Shown here piece by piece: positions 23,029-32,722 of a stretch of 40,658 nt of DNA. Below the pieces are notes generated by a model, which ran no database searches, was not told where the DNA came from, and saw only the letters and a program-made list of their open reading frames with translations. Location: assembly GCA_020632415.1 (NCBI GenBank), contig JACKFO010000002.1, positions 185,947-226,604 on the forward strand. The letters run 5' to 3'. Made by a program: the position numbers and the translations under genes. The first letter of the stretch is position 1. The number at the start of each line of letters is the position of its first letter. Source of the DNA: Candidatus Nomurabacteria bacterium. GTDB taxonomy: Bacteria > Patescibacteriota > Patescibacteriia > UBA1558 > GWA2-36-10.

Positions 23029-23946
23029 ATGAAAATATTAGTTAGCGGTGGAGCAGGTTTTATCGGGTCACACTTAGTTGATTCTTTGATAAAAAATAAT
23101 CATCAGGTTTTGATTGTTGATGATTTAAGTACTGGTTTAGAAAAAAATTTAAACCCAAGCGCCAAGTTTGAAAAAATAAGTATTATTTCTCCAGATCTGG
23201 ATCAAGCTGTCAAAAATTTTCAGCCAGAAGCCATCTATCATCTAGCAGCTCAAAAAAATGTCCGTACTTCTTTGGAAAATCCAAAGCTTGACGCAGAAAT
23301 AAATATTTTAGGCTCCTTAAATCTTCTACAAGCAGCACTAAATAATCAAGTTAAAAAGTTTATTTTCATTTCTACTGGCGGGGCAATTTATGGAGAAACA
23401 GAAATCATCCCTACTCCAGAAAATCATTTAGAGCAGCCACTTTCTCCTTATGGTTTGGCGAAACTTACTTTTGAAAAATATCTAAAAATTTTGAGCCAGG
23501 ACAAAATGTCTTGGAATGTTTTGCGTTTAGCAAATGTTTATGGACCAAGACAAGATCCGCAGGGCGAGGCGGGTGTGATTGCAATTTTTCTAGATAATAT
23601 TTTAAAAAACTTGCCTTTAAAAATAAATGGCGATGGTTTGCAAACTAGGGACTACGTTTATGTCTTAGATGTCGTTTCAGCAGCTGTCAAAGTTTTGGAT
23701 AGTGATAAAAATAATATCTATAATATTGGTACTGGTCTAGAAAAAACTTTGTTAGATTTAGTTAGCGCTTTAAATCAGGCTAGTCAAAAAAAAGCTGAAG
23801 TAATTCATCGGACAGCAGTTATCGGAGAAGTGCGTCGTAGTTGTTTGTCGGCCGAAGCTTTTCAGCGAGATTTTGCTTGGCAAGCAGAACATGATTTGGA
23901 GCAAGGCTTGGCTTTGACTTATCAGTGGTTTCAAGCTAGGGTATGA
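23029..23946 (+). CDS. NAD-dependent sugar-nucleotide epimerase, GalE-like
   Basis: GGAGFIGSHL and YGLAK (YxxxK). 305 aa. Confidence 0.8.
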   Translation: MKILVSGGAGFIGSHLVDSLIKNNHQVLIVDDLSTGLEKNLNPSAKFEKISIISPDLDQAVKNFQPEAIYHLAAQKNVRTSLENPKLDAEINILGSLNLLQAALNNQVKKFIFISTGGAIYGETEIIPTPENHLEQPLSPYGLAKLTFEKYLKILSQDKMSWNVLRLANVYGPRQDPQGEAGVIAIFLDNILKNLPLKINGDGLQTRDYVYVLDVVSAAVKVLDSDKNNIYNIGTGLEKTLLDLVSALNQASQKKAEVIHRTAVIGEVRRSCLSAEAFQRDFAWQAEHDLEQGLALTYQWFQARV

Positions 23947-24632
23947 ACATGAAAATTTTCGTTATTATTCCCAGTTTTAATGAGGCGGAGAGAATCGGGA
24001 GAGTTCTAGAAGAACTGTCTATTTTACCATATCAAGTGGTAGTGGTTGACGATGGATCATCTGATCAAACAGCAGAAGTTTTAAAAAACTATTCAGTTGA
24101 TTATCTGAGGCACAAAATTAATCGTGGTCAAGGAGCAGCGTTAAGAACCGGCACAGATTATGCTTTGGAGCAGGGCGCAGATATCATTGTTCATTTTGAT
24201 GCTGACGGACAATTTTTGACAACAGAAATAGAGAAAATTATTTATCCTTTAAAAAATCAAGAAATAGAAATAGTTTTTGGTTCACGTTTTTTAGGAATAA
24301 AATCAGAAATTAATTTTTTAAAGAAATTTTTTATTTTGCCTTTTGCCCATTTAGTTAATTTTTTATTTTTTGGCATCAGAACAACTGATCCGCAAAATGG
24401 TTTTCGAGCTTTTAAGTCTTCGGTTGCCAAAAAAATTCAGATCGAACAAGATGGCGGCGCTCATTGTAGTGAAATTTTAGCCAAAGCTTTTCAGAATAAA
24501 TTAAAATGGAAAGAAGTCCCAGTGACTGTTTTGTATAATCGTTTTGGTCAATCCGTTTTTGCTAGTCGAGGTAGAGGACAGAGCGGTTTGCAAATTTTAA
24601 GAGATTTATTATTTAGTAAAATTATAAAATAA
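23943..24632 (+). CDS. GT2 family glycosyltransferase
   Basis: IIPSFNEAERI, VVDDGSSD and a HFDADGQ DxD motif. An ATGA sequence overlaps the upstream stop. Confidence 0.85.
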   Translation: MNMKIFVIIPSFNEAERIGRVLEELSILPYQVVVVDDGSSDQTAEVLKNYSVDYLRHKINRGQGAALRTGTDYALEQGADIIVHFDADGQFLTTEIEKIIYPLKNQEIEIVFGSRFLGIKSEINFLKKFFILPFAHLVNFLFFGIRTTDPQNGFRAFKSSVAKKIQIEQDGGAHCSEILAKAFQNKLKWKEVPVTVLYNRFGQSVFASRGRGQSGLQILRDLLFSKIIK

Positions 24633-24961
24633 TGTGGTTACAAATTTTAATTACAATTTTTATTGTTTTGATTTTAGCTAAAGTTTTTAGACAATGGCGA
24701 CAAGAAAGAACGACTTTATTTGTTTTTCTGTCCTGGTCTTTTCTGTGGTTGGCAATTCTTTTGGTTTTCTGGGTGCCGGAGATTACTTCTTATTTAGCAA
24801 ATTTTTTAGGAGTTGGTCGTGGCGCAGATTTGATCATTTATCTTTCGATTGTTGTTATTTTTTATTTGATTTTTAAAATTTTTATTCGTTTAAACAAAAC
24901 TGATCGCCAAATTACTAAATTAGTCAGAGAAGATGCAATTAACAATGCAGAAAAAAGATAA
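24632..24961 (+). CDS. DUF2304-like small membrane protein, a common GT2 partner
   Basis: 109 aa with 3 TM helices and a GVGRGADLIIY motif. It is coupled directly to the preceding GT2 gene. Confidence 0.7.
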   Translation: MWLQILITIFIVLILAKVFRQWRQERTTLFVFLSWSFLWLAILLVFWVPEITSYLANFLGVGRGADLIIYLSIVVIFYLIFKIFIRLNKTDRQITKLVREDAINNAEKR

Positions 24962-25997
24962 AATAATTTTAGTTATTCCAAGCTATAACGGAGTAGATTA
25001 TTTACGTAGTTTATTGCCACAACTGGCAGAAGAAAATTACGTGGATTTTGATTTAGAAGTCGTGATTGTTGATAATGCTTCTACTGATGATTCAGTAGAT
25101 TTTATTAAAAATAATTTTTCCCAGTTTACTTTGTTAGAAAACAAAGAAAATACCGGTTATGTTGGTGCAAATAATTTAGCTTATGATTATGCCAAAAAAA
25201 ATGATGCTAAATATTTATACTTATTAAACCAAGATACAGAAATTACTCCGAGTTTTTTGGATCCGCTTTATGCTTTTGCTAAAAACAATAAGTTTGGTAG
25301 TCTACAATCAAAACTAAAATTATTTCCAGAAACAGACAAGATCAATACTTTGGGCAATGTGATTCACTATTTAGGTTTTGGCTACGGAAGTTTTAATGGA
25401 GATCTTGACTTAGGTCAACAAAAAATCGCTCAAATTAACTATGCTTCTGGTGCTGGGGTTTTGTTAAGCATGGAAGCTCTGAATAATTTGGGCTATTTAT
25501 TTGATGAAACAATGTTTGCTTATTTGGAAGATTTAGATTTAGGTTGGTCTTTGAATTTATTAGGTTTCGAAAACTATCTTATTCCAACTAGCGTGGTTTA
25601 TCATAAGTATCAATTTCAAAGAAGCATGAAACAGGCCTATTGGTTTGAGCGTAATCGTTTGTGGGTGATCTTGAAGAATTATAAAATTGCTACTTTGGTA
25701 TTTTTGTTTCCGGCTTGGTTATTGATGGAGTTGGGGCAAATTTATTTTGCTTGGCGTAATGATTATTTAAAAAAGAAAATTAAAGCTTATTCTTTTTTGT
25801 TTTCCGCTAAAGAGTGGAAGATTTTGTTGAAAAAAAGAAAAAATATTCAAGACAAGAGAGTTATTAATGATCGCAAGATTTTGCAGACTTTTTCTGGAAA
25901 TATTTTATTTCAGCCTTTGCATTCAACAATTTTGAATATTGCTAATTTTATTTTTGATTTATATTTTCAGATTTTAAGATTATTTATTGTTTGGTAG
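24933..25997 (+). CDS. GT2 family glycosyltransferase, rhamnosyltransferase-like
   Basis: VIPSYNG, VDNASTDDS and a LEDLD motif, with C-terminal TM segments. The start may instead be the ATG at 24945. Confidence 0.8.
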   Translation: MQLTMQKKDKIILVIPSYNGVDYLRSLLPQLAEENYVDFDLEVVIVDNASTDDSVDFIKNNFSQFTLLENKENTGYVGANNLAYDYAKKNDAKYLYLLNQDTEITPSFLDPLYAFAKNNKFGSLQSKLKLFPETDKINTLGNVIHYLGFGYGSFNGDLDLGQQKIAQINYASGAGVLLSMEALNNLGYLFDETMFAYLEDLDLGWSLNLLGFENYLIPTSVVYHKYQFQRSMKQAYWFERNRLWVILKNYKIATLVFLFPAWLLMELGQIYFAWRNDYLKKKIKAYSFLFSAKEWKILLKKRKNIQDKRVINDRKILQTFSGNILFQPLHSTILNIANFIFDLYFQILRLFIVW

Positions 25998-26000
25998 TTT

Positions 26001-27149
26001 ATGAAAATTGCGGAAGTGACATCTACTTTTCCACCATACAAAGGAGGCATGGGCAACGTGGCTTATTACAATGCTTGGTCTTTGGCTACTTTGGGACACG
26101 AAGTAACTGTTTTTACTCCGAAGTATTATAAGATTAAAAAAGACGAAGAATTACCTTTTGCGGTCAAACGCTTACGTCCTTGGTTTAAGTATGGTAATGC
26201 TGGAATTTTGCCACAGCTATGGTGGCATTTACCAAAATTTGATGTCGTGCATCTGCATTATCCATTTTTTGGTGGTGCAGAGACAATTTATTTTTTGGAC
26301 AAAATCAAAGATATCAAGTTAGTCGTCACTTATCACATGGATGTAGTAGGAACTGGTTTGATGGCTAAATTTTTTAAATGGCATACACAGTATGTTTTGC
26401 CAAAAATTTTGGATCGAGCTGATAAAATTATTGTTACTTCCAAAGATTATGCTAATTTTTCGAATTTAAGCGGCAGACTAAAAACCGAATCAGAAAAATT
26501 TGTTGAAATTCCTTGTGGCGTTAATCATCTTTTGTATAAGCCTCGACCAAAAGATACAGAGTTATTAAAAAAATATGATCTTTATGATAAAAAAGTTATT
26601 TTGTTTGTCGGCGGTCTAGATAAAGCGCACTATTTCAAGGGAATCAATGTTTTGATTCAAGCGATGCAAGCTTTTTCTGATAGTGACGATGTTCGTTGTT
26701 TGATTGTCGGTGATGGAGAGTTAAGATCTAGTTATCAAAGTATGGTTGATAGTTTTGGTTTAGCTAAAAAAATTATCTTTACTGGATTTATCGGTGATAA
26801 CATGCTACCAAAATTTTACAATTTAGCAGATATTTTTGTCTTACCTTCGATTGATAAATCCGAAGCTTTTGGAATCGTTGCTTTAGAGGCGATGGCTTCA
26901 GCAAAACCAGTAATTGCCTCTGATTTACCCGGTGTTAGATCGGTAGTTGATAAACAAAAAACCGGCTTGTTAGTCAAGCCAGGTAGCGTTGATAATCTAG
27001 TTGCGATGTTGAAAACTTTACTTGTCAAAAATCAGTTAAGGACAGATTACGGTTTAGCTGGCCGAGAGAAAGTTTTGCAGAAATACACTTGGGAAAAAGT
27101 TGGCTATAAATTAGACAATGTCTTTAAGGACTGTCTAGAGAAAAAATAA
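26001..27149 (+). CDS. GT4 family glycosyltransferase
   Basis: GT-B fold with the E-x7-E region (SEAFGIVALEAMASAKPVIASDLPG). Confidence 0.85.
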   Translation: MKIAEVTSTFPPYKGGMGNVAYYNAWSLATLGHEVTVFTPKYYKIKKDEELPFAVKRLRPWFKYGNAGILPQLWWHLPKFDVVHLHYPFFGGAETIYFLDKIKDIKLVVTYHMDVVGTGLMAKFFKWHTQYVLPKILDRADKIIVTSKDYANFSNLSGRLKTESEKFVEIPCGVNHLLYKPRPKDTELLKKYDLYDKKVILFVGGLDKAHYFKGINVLIQAMQAFSDSDDVRCLIVGDGELRSSYQSMVDSFGLAKKIIFTGFIGDNMLPKFYNLADIFVLPSIDKSEAFGIVALEAMASAKPVIASDLPGVRSVVDKQKTGLLVKPGSVDNLVAMLKTLLVKNQLRTDYGLAGREKVLQKYTWEKVGYKLDNVFKDCLEKK

Positions 27150-27181
27150 AATTCGTTTAATGATAATAAATTGCTAATAGG

Positions 27182-28390
27182 ATGAAGATCGGGATAATTT
27201 CCAATTTATACCCACCATTTATTCGTGGTGGTGCAGAAGTAATCGCAGCACTAGAGGCCGAAGGCTTAAAAGAAGCTTGGCAACATGTTTTTGTGATTAG
27301 CTCTCGACCATTTAAAGGTGGGCATGCTTTTCGGACCTCGAAAGATGCAAATGAAAATTTAGAAATTTATCGTTTTTTCCCCTTGAATTTTTATTATTAT
27401 TTAAATGATTTTAAGTTTCCAGCTTTGATTAGGTTATTTTGGCATCTTTTTGATATTTTTAATATTTTTTCTTATTTTAAAATTAAAAAAATATTATTAG
27501 CTGAAAAACCAGACTTAGTCATTACGCATAATTTAATGGGTTTGGGTTTTTTGATTCCATATCTTTTGCGTCGTTTAAAAATTAGACATTTTCATACTCT
27601 GCATGATGTGCAGTTGAGTGTTCCTTCGGGATTAATTTTAAAAGGTCAAGAAAATTCTTGGCAGATTCGTTTTTTTAAAATTCTCGGCTATCCAAAATTA
27701 ATGCGTCGTTTGTTTGCTTCTCCGGAGTTGGTGATTTCTCCTTCAAAATTTTTATTAAATTATTATCAAGAACAAGGATTTTTTACCAAATCAAAGAAAG
27801 TAGTAATTCCTAATCCAATTAAAAATACGATTAATTTACCAAAAAAAGCTAGTTATAATTTGGAGTTATTGTTTTTAGGACAAATTCATAAAGCTAAAGG
27901 AATTTTAGATTTAATTGAAGTTTTTAAGACTATAGATTTTCCGGCGTTGAATTTACAAGTAGTCGGAGTTGGCGCTGATCTAGAAGAAGCAAAGAGACTT
28001 GCTAAAGATGATCAAAGAATCAAATTTCACGGCTGGATGTCACATCAAGAAATGCTACCAATTATTCAAAAAGCCGATATTTTAGTTGTTCCTTCTTTAT
28101 GTTATGAAAATTCACCAACAGTGATTTATGAAATGTTAGCCTTGGGTACGCCAATTTTAGCTAGCGAAATTGGCGGTGTAGCAGAGTTAATCAGTGAAGG
28201 AAAAAATGGTTGGACTTATCCAGCGGGGGATCAGGAAATTTTAAAGAAAAAAATTATCAATTTATACCAACAAAGAGAAAAAATTCATTTATTGAGTGAA
28301 AATTGTCGAAAAAGTGTGCAAGCTTATTTGTTGGAGCAATACATTAAAAAAATACTAGATTTGGCAGATGAAAAAAATATTGAAAAATAA
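27182..28390 (+). CDS. GT4 family glycosyltransferase
   Basis: GT-B fold with the C-terminal motif YENSPTVIYEMLALGTPILASEIGG. Confidence 0.85.
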   Translation: MKIGIISNLYPPFIRGGAEVIAALEAEGLKEAWQHVFVISSRPFKGGHAFRTSKDANENLEIYRFFPLNFYYYLNDFKFPALIRLFWHLFDIFNIFSYFKIKKILLAEKPDLVITHNLMGLGFLIPYLLRRLKIRHFHTLHDVQLSVPSGLILKGQENSWQIRFFKILGYPKLMRRLFASPELVISPSKFLLNYYQEQGFFTKSKKVVIPNPIKNTINLPKKASYNLELLFLGQIHKAKGILDLIEVFKTIDFPALNLQVVGVGADLEEAKRLAKDDQRIKFHGWMSHQEMLPIIQKADILVVPSLCYENSPTVIYEMLALGTPILASEIGGVAELISEGKNGWTYPAGDQEILKKKIINLYQQREKIHLLSENCRKSVQAYLLEQYIKKILDLADEKNIEK

Positions 28391-29987
28391 ATTTGATTTT
28401 TTAATTTTGGCTTTAGTTGTTTTATCTTTTTTTATTTACAGCTTTAGTAGTTTTTTTGTTTGGTTGCCAAATTGGCATGATTTTGGCCATTTGATTTTTA
28501 ATTGGCCGGATGCTAATGCAAATTATTTTTTTGTTAATCTTTTTGCCAAAAATAATTCTTTAAGTTTTTTTGAACCATTAAATCTTTTGACTGATAATTT
28601 ACTGCATACCAGAAGCATTAATGTTTGGCAGGGAAATTTAGTGCCAATGACTTTTTTGTTGCCGCTAATCATTTTTGGGATTTTTGCTAAAGTTTTTGGT
28701 AGTCTGGCAGTATTATTTTTAACACCACTACTTGCTAGTATCAGTCTTTACTTCTTTTATCAAATAATTGCCAAAGTTTTTGCTTCAGAAAATTTAGCTT
28801 TTGTAGCAACTGTATTGTTAGCTTTTTTTGCGCCTTGGTTATTTTTTGCTAACGTCGTAATGCTAACAAACGTTTTCTTTATTTTTTGTTTATTAGCCTT
28901 TCTTTATTTTTTCTTAGTTCAGCAAACAAAATATTCTTTTGTTTTAAGTTTCTTATTTTTTGCCCTAGCTTTATTTTCTCGACCAAATGAATTAATCTGG
29001 TTATTTATATTTTTACTGTTTATCTATTTTTATCAGAAAGAAAAAATTACTCTAAAAAAAATAAGCATCTTTTTTGCAATTAATTTATTTTTTTTAGTTT
29101 TAGTTTTAGTTTTAAATAAATTAGTTTACGGTGGAGTATTTAATTTTGGCTATCTAAATTTACAAAACAAGGCCTTGTCAGGAGAATTAGGAAATTCTCA
29201 CTTTTCTTTGTTTAGTTTTATTAAGTTGTTATTCTTGCCTTTTGCTTGGCAAACTAAAGTTTTTTTAAGTAGCATTTATCATTATTTATTTTTATTAATT
29301 TGGCCGTACTATATTTTGATATTTTTTGCTTTATTTTCTCTAAGAAAAAAATTATTCCAAAAAAAAGAAATTTGGTCAAAGTATCTTATTTTTAGCTTAA
29401 CGATTTCTTTATTGTTATTAATTTATTACGCTAATTGGGATTTTGCTGATGCTTTGGTAAAAAATTATAACACAATTAGTATTTCTTATGTTCGTTACTT
29501 TTTGCCAATTTATCTTTTGCTTTTACCTTTTGTTGCGCAAGGAATTTTATTTTTAAGTCGTGTTAAAAAATGGAAAAATTTTTTAACAATTTTTTTAGTT
29601 TTGCTTTTAACAATTTTTTCTTTGCGTTTGGCTTTTTTTGCTCCTAATGACGGTTTGTTAAAAAATAAAGAGAATATTGATTTATATTATCAGCAATTTG
29701 CTAAAGTAAAACAAATCATTCCAGCGGATGCGGTCATTATTACTGAGCGTAGTGATAAAATATTTTTTCCAGAATTTAAAGTTGTGGTGCCACAAGGCGA
29801 TTTGCCACTTTGGCCTAGAATTGCTAGTTTAATGGAGGAAAGAGAAGTTTTTTATTTTAGTGATTTATCAGAGCAAAGAATCTTAGAATTAAATTTTCAA
29901 GCCAAGCTTTTTGGCTTGGAATTAGTAGAAATGAGTAAAATTGATCAAAATTTTAAACTTTTTATTGTGATAAAAACTAAAGAATAA
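28368..29987 (+). CDS. Polytopic membrane protein, a candidate GT-C (ArnT/PMT-like) glycosyltransferase or polymerase
   Basis: 539 aa with about 12-13 TM segments and a C-terminal soluble domain. It overlaps the GT4 gene by 23 nt. The function is inferred from context only. Confidence 0.55.
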   Translation: MKKILKNKFDFLILALVVLSFFIYSFSSFFVWLPNWHDFGHLIFNWPDANANYFFVNLFAKNNSLSFFEPLNLLTDNLLHTRSINVWQGNLVPMTFLLPLIIFGIFAKVFGSLAVLFLTPLLASISLYFFYQIIAKVFASENLAFVATVLLAFFAPWLFFANVVMLTNVFFIFCLLAFLYFFLVQQTKYSFVLSFLFFALALFSRPNELIWLFIFLLFIYFYQKEKITLKKISIFFAINLFFLVLVLVLNKLVYGGVFNFGYLNLQNKALSGELGNSHFSLFSFIKLLFLPFAWQTKVFLSSIYHYLFLLIWPYYILIFFALFSLRKKLFQKKEIWSKYLIFSLTISLLLLIYYANWDFADALVKNYNTISISYVRYFLPIYLLLLPFVAQGILFLSRVKKWKNFLTIFLVLLLTIFSLRLAFFAPNDGLLKNKENIDLYYQQFAKVKQIIPADAVIITERSDKIFFPEFKVVVPQGDLPLWPRIASLMEEREVFYFSDLSEQRILELNFQAKLFGLELVEMSKIDQNFKLFIVIKTKE

Positions 29988-29991
29988 AAAT

Positions 29992-30402
29992 ATGGAAGAT
30001 TGTATTTTTTGTAAAATTGTCAGAGGAGAAATTCCAGCTAAAAAGATTTATGAAGATCAGGATTATTTAGCTTTTTTAAATATCGCTCCCAATACCAAAG
30101 GACACAGTTTGGTGATCCCCAAAAAACATAGTGATCTTTTTGTTGATTTGAGTTCTGAAGAAGTCGGCGCGCTTAATCAAGTGGTTCAAAAAGTAGCTAA
30201 AGAACTGACGCTTGTTTTGGAAACCAAAAGTTTTAATCTTGGCCTAAACAACGGTGAACTTTCTGGGCAATCAATTAATCACGTTCATTGGCACATTATT
30301 CCTCGTTATCAAGGCGACGGTTTGTTGCATTGGGAAAAAAGTCCACAAGCCGAAGCTGATATTGATCAAGTTTTTAAGATTTTAAAAGACAAAATAAAAT
30401 AA
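29992..30402 (+). CDS. HIT-family nucleotide hydrolase/transferase
   Basis: 136 aa with an N-terminal CIFCKI motif and the histidine triad HVHWHIIPR. Confidence 0.9.
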   Translation: MEDCIFCKIVRGEIPAKKIYEDQDYLAFLNIAPNTKGHSLVIPKKHSDLFVDLSSEEVGALNQVVQKVAKELTLVLETKSFNLGLNNGELSGQSINHVHWHIIPRYQGDGLLHWEKSPQAEADIDQVFKILKDKIK

Positions 30403-31370
30403 TGAATATTTTAGTTACCGGTGGAGCTGGTTTTATCGGCTCAAATTTTATTCACTATATTTTAAATAAATATCCAGATTATCAAGTTTTTAATTTGGAT
30501 CTTTTAACTTACGCTGGTAATCTTGATAATTTAAAAAATTTAGAAAATCAAAAAAACTATACTTTTATTCAAGGTGATATTATTGATTATGATTTAGTTT
30601 CGCAAATTATCAAAAAATATCAAATTAATTTAATTATTAATTTTGCCGCCGAAACTCACGTTGATCGTTCGATTGCTAGTCCTGATGTTTTTTTGCAAAC
30701 TAATGTTTTGGGTACACATAATCTGTTGCGTGCGGCTTTAGATTGTGGCAAGATTCGTTTTCATCAAGTTAGTACTGATGAGGTTTTTGGTTCTTTAGGT
30801 GACTCTGGTTATTTCACCGAAGATTCAAGTTATCAACCACGTAGTCCTTATAGTGCCTCCAAGGCCGCTGCTGATCATTTGGTTAGGGCTTATCATCATA
30901 CTTATGATTTACCGATTACGATCAGTAATTGCTCTAATAATTATGGACCTTATCAATTTCCAGAAAAAATGATTCCTTTGTTTATTACCAATCTGATGAC
31001 AAATCAAAAAGTTCCTTTATATGGAACTGGAGATAATATCAGAGATTGGCTACATGTCGAGGATCATTGCCGAGCAATTGATTTGATTATTCATTCTGAC
31101 AAAATAGGCGAAACTTACTTGATCGGCAGCAATAATGAAAAGACAAATAAAGAAATCACAGCTTTGTTATTAAAGGCTTTTGGTCAAGATCAGAAAATGA
31201 TTGAATACGTAGCTGATCGAAAAGGTCATGATTATCGCTATGCTATTGATTCTTCAAAAATTAAACGTGAATTATCTTGGCAAGCAGAAATAGATTTTTC
31301 AACTGGTTTAGAAAAAACTATTCAGTGGTATCAAAGCAATCAAGATTGGTGGAAAAAATTATTAAAATAA
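30402..31370 (+). CDS. rfbB: dTDP-glucose 4,6-dehydratase
   Basis: TGGAGFIGSNF, YSASKAAADHL (YxxxK) and the RfbB-typical LTYAGNLDNL. Confidence 0.92.
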   Translation: MNILVTGGAGFIGSNFIHYILNKYPDYQVFNLDLLTYAGNLDNLKNLENQKNYTFIQGDIIDYDLVSQIIKKYQINLIINFAAETHVDRSIASPDVFLQTNVLGTHNLLRAALDCGKIRFHQVSTDEVFGSLGDSGYFTEDSSYQPRSPYSASKAAADHLVRAYHHTYDLPITISNCSNNYGPYQFPEKMIPLFITNLMTNQKVPLYGTGDNIRDWLHVEDHCRAIDLIIHSDKIGETYLIGSNNEKTNKEITALLLKAFGQDQKMIEYVADRKGHDYRYAIDSSKIKRELSWQAEIDFSTGLEKTIQWYQSNQDWWKKLLK

Positions 31371-31374
31371 GTTT

Positions 31375-32097
31375 ATGAAAGGAATTATTTTAGCAGGTGG
31401 CGCAGGCACGAGGCTGTCTCCTTTGACCGATGTGACTAGCAAACAACTATTGCCGGTTTATGACCGACCAATGGTTTATTATCCTTTGCAAACTTTGATT
31501 GACGCTGGCGTAAAAGAAGTTTTGATTATTTCTGATCCAGTTAATATTGGCAATTTTGTTAGATTGTTAGGCAGCGGTAGCCAATTTGGCATCAAAATAG
31601 TTTATGACATTCAAAATAAGCCAGAAGGTTTGGCTCAAGCTTTTTTGATCGGCGAAAGTTTCATTGGTTCTGATAATGTGATCATGATTTTGGGCGACAA
31701 TCTTTTTTTAGGAGATTCAGATATTTTTAGCCACTCTATTGCATCTTTTGATGCCGGGGCAAATATTTTTGTCAAAGAAGTTACTGATCCAAAAAGATTT
31801 GGTGTGGCTGAATTTGACCAAGAGCAAAAAGTTATTAGCATAGAAGAAAAACCAGAATCACCAAAAAGTAATTTTGCTGTTACCGGACTTTATATTTATG
31901 ATAATAGCGTTGTTGCCAAAGCACATAGTTTAAAACCTTCAAAAAGAGGAGAGTTAGAGATTACTGATTTAAATAATTTATATCTTAAAGAAAAAAAATT
32001 AAAAGTTACAGTTTATCAAGGAGAATGGTTAGACATGGGAACATTTGATACTTTATTGAAAGCAGCAAATCTAGCAGCTGATTTAAGAAAAAAATAA
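31375..32097 (+). CDS. rfbA: Sugar-1-phosphate nucleotidyltransferase, short form resembling glucose-1-phosphate thymidylyltransferase
   Basis: The GGAGTRLSPLT (GxGTRL) and KPEGLAQAF motifs are present. The protein is 240 aa. Confidence 0.82.
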   Translation: MKGIILAGGAGTRLSPLTDVTSKQLLPVYDRPMVYYPLQTLIDAGVKEVLIISDPVNIGNFVRLLGSGSQFGIKIVYDIQNKPEGLAQAFLIGESFIGSDNVIMILGDNLFLGDSDIFSHSIASFDAGANIFVKEVTDPKRFGVAEFDQEQKVISIEEKPESPKSNFAVTGLYIYDNSVVAKAHSLKPSKRGELEITDLNNLYLKEKKLKVTVYQGEWLDMGTFDTLLKAANLAADLRKK

Positions 32098-32101
32098 GTT
32101 T

Positions 32102-32323
32102 ATGGAAAAATTAGAAAAAATTATCGAAGATTTGAAGCCAGCTCTACAGTCAGATGGTGGCGATATTGAATTAGTCAAATACGATCAAGAGGCGGGCGTG
32201 GTCGAGGTAAGTCTAAAAGGCGCTTGTGCTCATTGCCCAATTGCTGATTTTACTTTAAAAAATTTAGTGGAACAAGAAATCAAAAGTCAGTTGCCAGAAG
32301 TCAAGGAAGTTAGGGCAGTCTAG
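32102..32323 (+). CDS. NifU-like (Nfu C-terminal domain) Fe-S cluster protein
   Basis: 73 aa with a DGGDIELV motif and the CAHCP CxxC motif. Confidence 0.8.
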   Translation: MEKLEKIIEDLKPALQSDGGDIELVKYDQEAGVVEVSLKGACAHCPIADFTLKNLVEQEIKSQLPEVKEVRAV

Positions 32324-32362
32324 GAGATTTTTTTTATAATTTGTGTTAGAATATAAGAAAAT

Positions 32363-32722
32363 ATGTCATATTTTTCCAAGGTCAAAGTTTTTTATAAAGA
32401 CAAATTAAATTTTTGGTTATTAAATTTAGCCGGCCTTTTGGTGCTTTCTACTTGGTTTTTGTTTTTATTTAAACCGATCAAAACTAGCTCTTTAGCAATT
32501 TTGCATTATAATATTTATTTTGGTTTTGATATTTTAGGTAATTGGTCTTGGTTGTTTTTTATTCCGGGCTTAGTCTCGTTGTTTTCTTTATTGGATTTAT
32601 ATTTGGCTATTTATTTATGGAACAAACAAGCGATTTGGAGTCAATTTTTATTGCTCTTAATTTTGTTAATTAATTTAATGTCTTTTGTTTTTCTTTTTAA
32701 TATTTTAAATTACAACTTATGA
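32363..32722 (+). CDS. Hypothetical membrane protein with 3-4 TM helices
   Basis: 119-aa ORF. TGtTAGAAT (32344-32352) lies 10 nt upstream. An ATGA sequence overlaps the mraY start. Confidence 0.5.
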   Translation: MSYFSKVKVFYKDKLNFWLLNLAGLLVLSTWFLFLFKPIKTSSLAILHYNIYFGFDILGNWSWLFFIPGLVSLFSLLDLYLAIYLWNKQAIWSQFLLLLILLINLMSFVFLFNILNYNL

